Origin: Aquificaceae bacterium
Lineage (GTDB): Bacteria > Aquificota > Aquificia > Aquificales > Aquificaceae
Direction: 5' to 3'
Length of the DNA: 10,844 bases
NCBI GenBank assembly: GCA_037924335.1
Contig: JAXSMZ010000034.1
Coordinates: 1 to 10,844, forward strand
In this document: positions 6,642 through 10,844 of the stretch, one piece after another
Layout of the letters: each line of letters begins with the position of its first letter
Position numbering within the stretch: the stretch's first letter is position 1
Position numbers and translations under genes: made by a program
Notes under the pieces: generated by a model
What the model was told of the DNA's origin: nothing
Databases searched by the model: none
The model's input: the letters and a program-made list of their open reading frames with translations, nothing else

Positions 6642-8404
6642 ATAAGCTCCTTGCTTATTCCTTCCATGTACATTCTCTCTATTATCCTTCTTGCTATGGG
6701 GGCTGCCGCTGCACCCCCGGAGCCGCCATGCTCTACCAAAACACCTACTATAAATATGGGGTCTCTATAGGGAGCAAAACCCACAAACCATGCATGGTCT
6801 CTTAGGTTGTAGGGCAAGTTTTTCCTCCTTAAGGGGGATACCTGTGCTGTGCCTGTTTTACCAGCTATCTCGGCTATGGGAGAGTTGGCCGCTTGACCCG
6901 TACCCATTCTGACAACATCCCGTAGAGCTTCCTTAACTATACTGAAGTGCTCTGGGTCTGCTTTTATCACTTTATAGACAGCCTTCCTGTTCCTCCAAAG
7001 TGTTCTACCATAGGGGTCTATTATCTCCCTGACCAGTGTGGGTTTGTAGACTACACCGTTGTTTACTATACCGCTCATCATAAGAGTTTGCTCAAGCAAT
7101 GTGGATGTTATGTAACCCTGACCTACTGAAAGGTTAACCGTATCCCCACCATACCAAGACTCTTTAAGTTTCTTCCTCTTCCAGCCTGGTGTGGGGATGA
7201 TCCCTTTTGACGTTGGAAGCTCGAAAGGTACATTCTCAGAGTAGCCAAAACCTCTCAGTACGCTCTCTATTCCCTTAGGTCCAAGATAGTAATATCCATT
7301 ATGATAGAAGAAAACATCACAGGAATCCCTTATAGCACCTTTTAGGTTCTCCCATCCATGTCCGTGTCTGTTCCAACAGTAAAAGGTCCTGTTCCCTAAC
7401 TCAAACCTTCCATCGCATACAACTCCTTCCTTTGGGGATATACCCTTCTCTAGCAGAGCTATAGCAAGAGCGGGCTTTATAACAGAAGCTGGAGGGTATT
7501 TGGCCAAAAGGCACCTGTTGAACAGAGGCTTTAGTGGGTCCGAGAAAAGAACTTCCCATCTTTCAGATACATAATTGGGGTCAAAGCTAGGATAGCTAAG
7601 CATTCCCAGAACTTCACCCGTGTTGGCATGAAGTACAAGAACACCACCAGCTTTATGACCAGAGCTTTTAAAAACATCGTAGATGATCTTCTGAACGTTC
7701 ACATCAATGGTAAGGACTACAGAGTTACCCTTTTGAGGCTGCTTTTCTTTGACAACTTTTATTGGTCTCCCAAGAGCGTTTACCATAACCTCTTCTCCGC
7801 CCACATAACCAAGAAGTACCTTATCAAAAGCCTTCTCCACACCGTATTTACCCACTAAGCTCTGAAGGGATACTCTGTCCCCATGCTTTTTGAGCTCATC
7901 CTCAGAAGGATACCCTGTATAACCCGTTAGATGTGCTGCTATATCTCCGTAAGGATAGAATCTCTGTGGAACCATGTTTATAAAAAGCCCTGGTAGCTTA
8001 TAGTTGTTGTTGTAAAACCTGTCTATCTCTTCTTGACTGTTAAGCGTCTTTATGGGGATAGGTTCAAAGCCTTTGACCTTCTCTTTAAGAACCTTCTCTT
8101 CAATATTCAAACTGAACACTTCCCTTAGATTTTCTAAAAGCTTGGATAAGCTCTCTTTATCCTCCAACTTCTGAGGGTCTAGGAAGAGCATGTATTTAGG
8201 AATGTCGTAAGCAAGCTTATTCCCTTTTCTGTCTAATATCTCGCCCCTTTGAGAGTAAAGGGTCCTTACCCTAAGATAGTTCTTCTTTGAAAGATTGTAA
8301 AAGTAAGACCTTTTGAGCACTTGCAAGTAAAAAAGCCTTAGCATCACCACGAGGTAAAGAAAGACGCCAAAGATAAGTAAAAAAATAAACCTACGCCTTT
8401 GCAT
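6638..8404 (-). CDS. mrdA: Penicillin-binding protein 2 (class B transpeptidase)
   Basis: 588 aa. N-terminal TM helix, RGEILDRKG, RFYPYG, GKYGVEK; catalytic SxxK (ASVIK), SCD and KTGTAQ; located downstream of mreBCD. Confidence 0.96.
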   Translation of the reverse strand: MQRRRFIFLLIFGVFLYLVVMLRLFYLQVLKRSYFYNLSKKNYLRVRTLYSQRGEILDRKGNKLAYDIPKYMLFLDPQKLEDKESLSKLLENLREVFSLNIEEKVLKEKVKGFEPIPIKTLNSQEEIDRFYNNNYKLPGLFINMVPQRFYPYGDIAAHLTGYTGYPSEDELKKHGDRVSLQSLVGKYGVEKAFDKVLLGYVGGEEVMVNALGRPIKVVKEKQPQKGNSVVLTIDVNVQKIIYDVFKSSGHKAGGVLVLHANTGEVLGMLSYPSFDPNYVSERWEVLFSDPLKPLFNRCLLAKYPPASVIKPALAIALLEKGISPKEGVVCDGRFELGNRTFYCWNRHGHGWENLKGAIRDSCDVFFYHNGYYYLGPKGIESVLRGFGYSENVPFELPTSKGIIPTPGWKRKKLKESWYGGDTVNLSVGQGYITSTLLEQTLMMSGIVNNGVVYKPTLVREIIDPYGRTLWRNRKAVYKVIKADPEHFSIVKEALRDVVRMGTGQAANSPIAEIAGKTGTAQVSPLRRKNLPYNLRDHAWFVGFAPYRDPIFIVGVLVEHGGSGGAAAAPIARRIIERMYMEGISKELI

Positions 8405-8846
8405 TTCCTTTGATTATAAGGGAAGTAAACATCATCAGAAAAAGGCTCTCAGTAAATAGACCCAATACAAAAAGGGCTGGACTAAAAGAGTAGTAATACT
8501 TTACTCTAAAGAGAAAGAACCTAAAAGCATGCTCAAGGAGAGCTACCATCATATAGGAGACTAGCACAGAAAGATGGGAAACGAGCAAGTATCTACTCTT
8601 TATTAGCTCAAGGAAAAAACTGGCCATGAGCTTCCCTGACATGTTCCATCCGAGCGTGTCGTACATGAGGTCAAGAAAAAATCCAGAGATAACAGGTTTT
8701 CTTATATCGGGTTGTGGTTGCGAATAAAGAGAGTAAAAAAGATAAAGAAGCACAAGGTCGGGGGCATAAAGGCTTGATACAAACATACCGGTCAGCAGGG
8801 AGGATTGCACAAAGGCTAAGAGAAAAGCTATCAGATAAAACCTCAT
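8391..8846 (-). CDS. mreD: Rod shape-determining protein MreD
   Basis: 151 aa, hydrophobic multi-TM, APDLVLL and GFFLDLM motifs, positioned between mreC and mrdA with overlaps on both sides. Confidence 0.8.
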   Translation of the reverse strand: MRFYLIAFLLAFVQSSLLTGMFVSSLYAPDLVLLYLFYSLYSQPQPDIRKPVISGFFLDLMYDTLGWNMSGKLMASFFLELIKSRYLLVSHLSVLVSYMMVALLEHAFRFFLFRVKYYYSFSPALFVLGLFTESLFLMMFTSLIIKGNAKA

Positions 8847-9643
8847 AGCTTCTCCTTTATTATCGCTAAATACTCTAAGTTCCTAACACTCAGTAAAGGT
8901 TTTACAAAGACTTTTTTAAAGAACTGATTGTAACTTTTCTCAACATAATCCACTCTTCCAATGAGAAAAACGGGGATGACTCCTTTATTGTCTCTGAGAA
9001 GCACTCTATCCCCAGCCTTTATGGGCTCATCCAGACCAATGTAAAGAAGTCTCCCATCTGTCCATCCTCCTCTGTATATACAGTTTGTTCTAGTACTCTC
9101 TACCATCGCGGATACGGTAAAATCATCCGAGTAAACGGTCTTTACCCTTGCAGAGCTGGAAAAAACTCTATCTACAAGGCCAACCAAGTTTTCATTAAAA
9201 AAAACTACGAAACCAACCTCCAAACCGTGATCTTTACCCTTGTCTATGAGTATAAAAGCGTCCCTTCCAGAAGGGTCATACCCTATAACTCTGGCAAAGA
9301 GGACATCTTCTCTGTAATCCCCTTTTTCTATATGGAGTAGGTCTGACATACGGTCAAGAGATATCCTACAGCTCTCAAGCTGTGACTTGTACATGTAAAG
9401 TCTTTGCACTTCCTTAAGAAGCTCCCTGTTTCTCCTCTCTACATCCACAAGGTACAGGTAAGTTTTTACGGTATCGTTTACTTCATCTGTTATGCGCGCT
9501 TTTAACTCAACCACTGGTAAAAGCAAACGATAAAAAGTATCTATAAAGAAAGATACATACCTGCTGGAAGAAAAATTGGAGAGATACAAAAGGAAACTCA
9601 TTATAAAGAAGAACAGATAAAGTAAAAGTTCTTTTCTCCTCAT
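8843..9643 (-). CDS. mreC: Rod shape-determining protein MreC
   Basis: 266 aa. N-terminal TM, coiled coil, ARVIGYDP, ILIDKGKDHGL, LVGLV; ATGA overlap with mreB. Confidence 0.92.
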   Translation of the reverse strand: MRRKELLLYLFFFIMSFLLYLSNFSSSRYVSFFIDTFYRLLLPVVELKARITDEVNDTVKTYLYLVDVERRNRELLKEVQRLYMYKSQLESCRISLDRMSDLLHIEKGDYREDVLFARVIGYDPSGRDAFILIDKGKDHGLEVGFVVFFNENLVGLVDRVFSSSARVKTVYSDDFTVSAMVESTRTNCIYRGGWTDGRLLYIGLDEPIKAGDRVLLRDNKGVIPVFLIGRVDYVEKSYNQFFKKVFVKPLLSVRNLEYLAIIKEKL

Positions 9644-10671
9644 TCCATGGATATTCTTCTGAGAAGGTCTATCTGTCCAAGTACCTTTCCAACACCCCTT
9701 GCCACTGCTGTTATTGGGTCATCACAGTAATAAACTCTCAGTCCCAACTCTCTCTCTATTCTGACGTTTAAGTTTCTCAGAAGAGACCCTCCACCAGCGA
9801 GCACTATTCCTCTCTCCGCTACATCTGAGGCAAGTTCTGGGGGTGTTCTTTCAATAGTAGCTCTTATGGCGCCTATTACGGAACTTATCACATCCTCAAG
9901 AGCCTCTGTTGTGTCTTTGTTTGTTATCTTTACAGTTTTTGGGAGACCTGTTATGTCCCTTCCCCTTATTTCCATCTCCCTCTCTTCGTCCTCGTATATT
10001 GCACTCCCTAACTCTATCTTGATCCTTTCGGCAGTTTGTTCACCCACAAACATGTGAAACTTCCTTTTTATGTACTGTATTATGGACTCAGTCATCTCAT
10101 CCCCGGCTACCCTTATAGAGTTAGAAACGACTATCCCAGCCAAGGATATGACTGCTATCTCTGTAGTACCACCTCCTATGTCAACTATCATGCTTCCTAT
10201 AGGTTCATCTATAGGTAGTTCAGCACCTATGGCTGCAGCCATCGGCTCCGCTATCAGAAACACCTCCCGAGCACCAGCTCCCTTAGCCGCATCTATAACA
10301 GCCCTTTTCTCCACCTGCGTTACACCAGAAGGAACGCCTATAACGATTCTGGGCTTGGGTTTGAATATTCCTCCCCCGATGGCTCTGTCTATAAAGTAAG
10401 AGAGCATCACCTGTGTAGCTTCAAAATCTGTTATAACTCCGTCCCTTAATGGTCTAATAGCCTTAATGTTCTCTGGGGTTTTCCCAACCATCTCCTTGGC
10501 TTCCCTCCCAACGGCTATGACCCTGTTTGTCCTAGTATCTACCGCTACAACGGAAGGCTCGTACAGAACTATCCCTTTACCCTCCGCATAAACCACAGTG
10601 TTTGCAGTACCAAGGTCTATGGCTATGTTGTTCGTAAGGATGTTTAAAAGTGATGCTACCCTTTTGAACAT
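9640..10671 (-). CDS. mreB: Rod shape-determining actin homologue MreB
   Basis: 343 aa. IAIDLGTANT, EPSVVA, IRPLRDGVI, EPMAAAIGA, DIGGGTTE, RTPPELASD, GGGSLL. AAGGAGG Shine-Dalgarno at 10682-10676. Confidence 0.98.
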   Translation of the reverse strand: MFKRVASLLNILTNNIAIDLGTANTVVYAEGKGIVLYEPSVVAVDTRTNRVIAVGREAKEMVGKTPENIKAIRPLRDGVITDFEATQVMLSYFIDRAIGGGIFKPKPRIVIGVPSGVTQVEKRAVIDAAKGAGAREVFLIAEPMAAAIGAELPIDEPIGSMIVDIGGGTTEIAVISLAGIVVSNSIRVAGDEMTESIIQYIKRKFHMFVGEQTAERIKIELGSAIYEDEEREMEIRGRDITGLPKTVKITNKDTTEALEDVISSVIGAIRATIERTPPELASDVAERGIVLAGGGSLLRNLNVRIERELGLRVYYCDDPITAVARGVGKVLGQIDLLRRISME

Positions 10672-10675
10672 ATCT

Positions 10676-10696
10676 CCTCCTTCAGTGTTAATTATA
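10676..10696 (-). promoter_or_regulatory. mreB Shine-Dalgarno and -10 element
   Basis: Minus strand reads TATAAT (10696-10691), TAACACTG, AAGGAGG, AGAT, ATG. No good -35 at 17 nt. Confidence 0.6.
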
Positions 10697-10732
10697 CAAT
10701 TAATTAGGAACTTGAAGGAGAAGATAAAAGTA

Positions 10733-10819
10733 TTAGAAACTAATCACTGAATATATAGAAGTTTATAGACGCATATAGAAACTTAGAAACATAAAGACCC
10801 CTTGACACTTATAGAAGTT
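10733..10819. repeat. Phased short repeats TATAGA/TTAGAAAC
   Basis: TATAGA at 10754, 10764, 10774 and 10810. TATAGAAGTT is exact at 10754 and 10810. TTAGAAAC at 10733 and 10783. Confidence 0.7.
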
Positions 10820-10830
10820 GACACTACAAT
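10802..10830 (+). promoter_or_regulatory. Near-consensus sigma-70 promoter for a gene or RNA beyond the right edge, divergent from mreB
   Basis: TTGACA (10802-10807), 17 nt, TACAAT (10825-10830). Confidence 0.75.
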
Positions 10831-10844
10831 GTTAATCTGCTATG

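Noticed and set aside
643..10399. The many 60-177 aa plus-strand ORFs (e.g. 2852-3385, 2557-2991, 4846-5229, 10070-10399) and minus-strand ORF 6185-6394
   Set aside because: All lie antisense within well-supported genes, show shadow-ORF composition (Ser/Leu/Phe/Ile-rich) and have no recognisable motifs.

Overview
Gene-dense housekeeping segment, probably from a thermophilic Aquificae (Hydrogenobacter/Thermocrinis-like) chromosome. That taxonomy is inferred from the compact Aquifex-style sigma-54, the Lys/Glu-rich proteins and the mixed-function overlapping operons. The minus strand carries mreB-mreC-mreD-mrdA (PBP2), then a tightly coupled run of hemN, an orphan OppF/DppF-like ABC ATPase, a CNNM/CorC protein, rpoN and an Xaa-Pro peptidase. 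It ends in an initiator tRNA-fMet with its own consensus sigma-70 promoter. A class I SAM methyltransferase lies on the plus strand between the two operons. The best candidate for something new is non-coding. The 213 bp just 3' of the tRNA holds 3-4 copies of a 19-bp motif (two of the four overlap exact IHF-consensus matches), an 11-bp-period GTTAACT repeat and phased T-tracts. This looks like the att arm of an element integrated at tRNA-fMet, or alternatively a CRISPR leader. The right end has 10-bp-phased TATAGA repeats ahead of tandem promoters. RpoN has an altered -12-recognition HTH motif and lacks the usual C-terminal tail. No integrase, cas gene or CRISPR array is visible inside the window.
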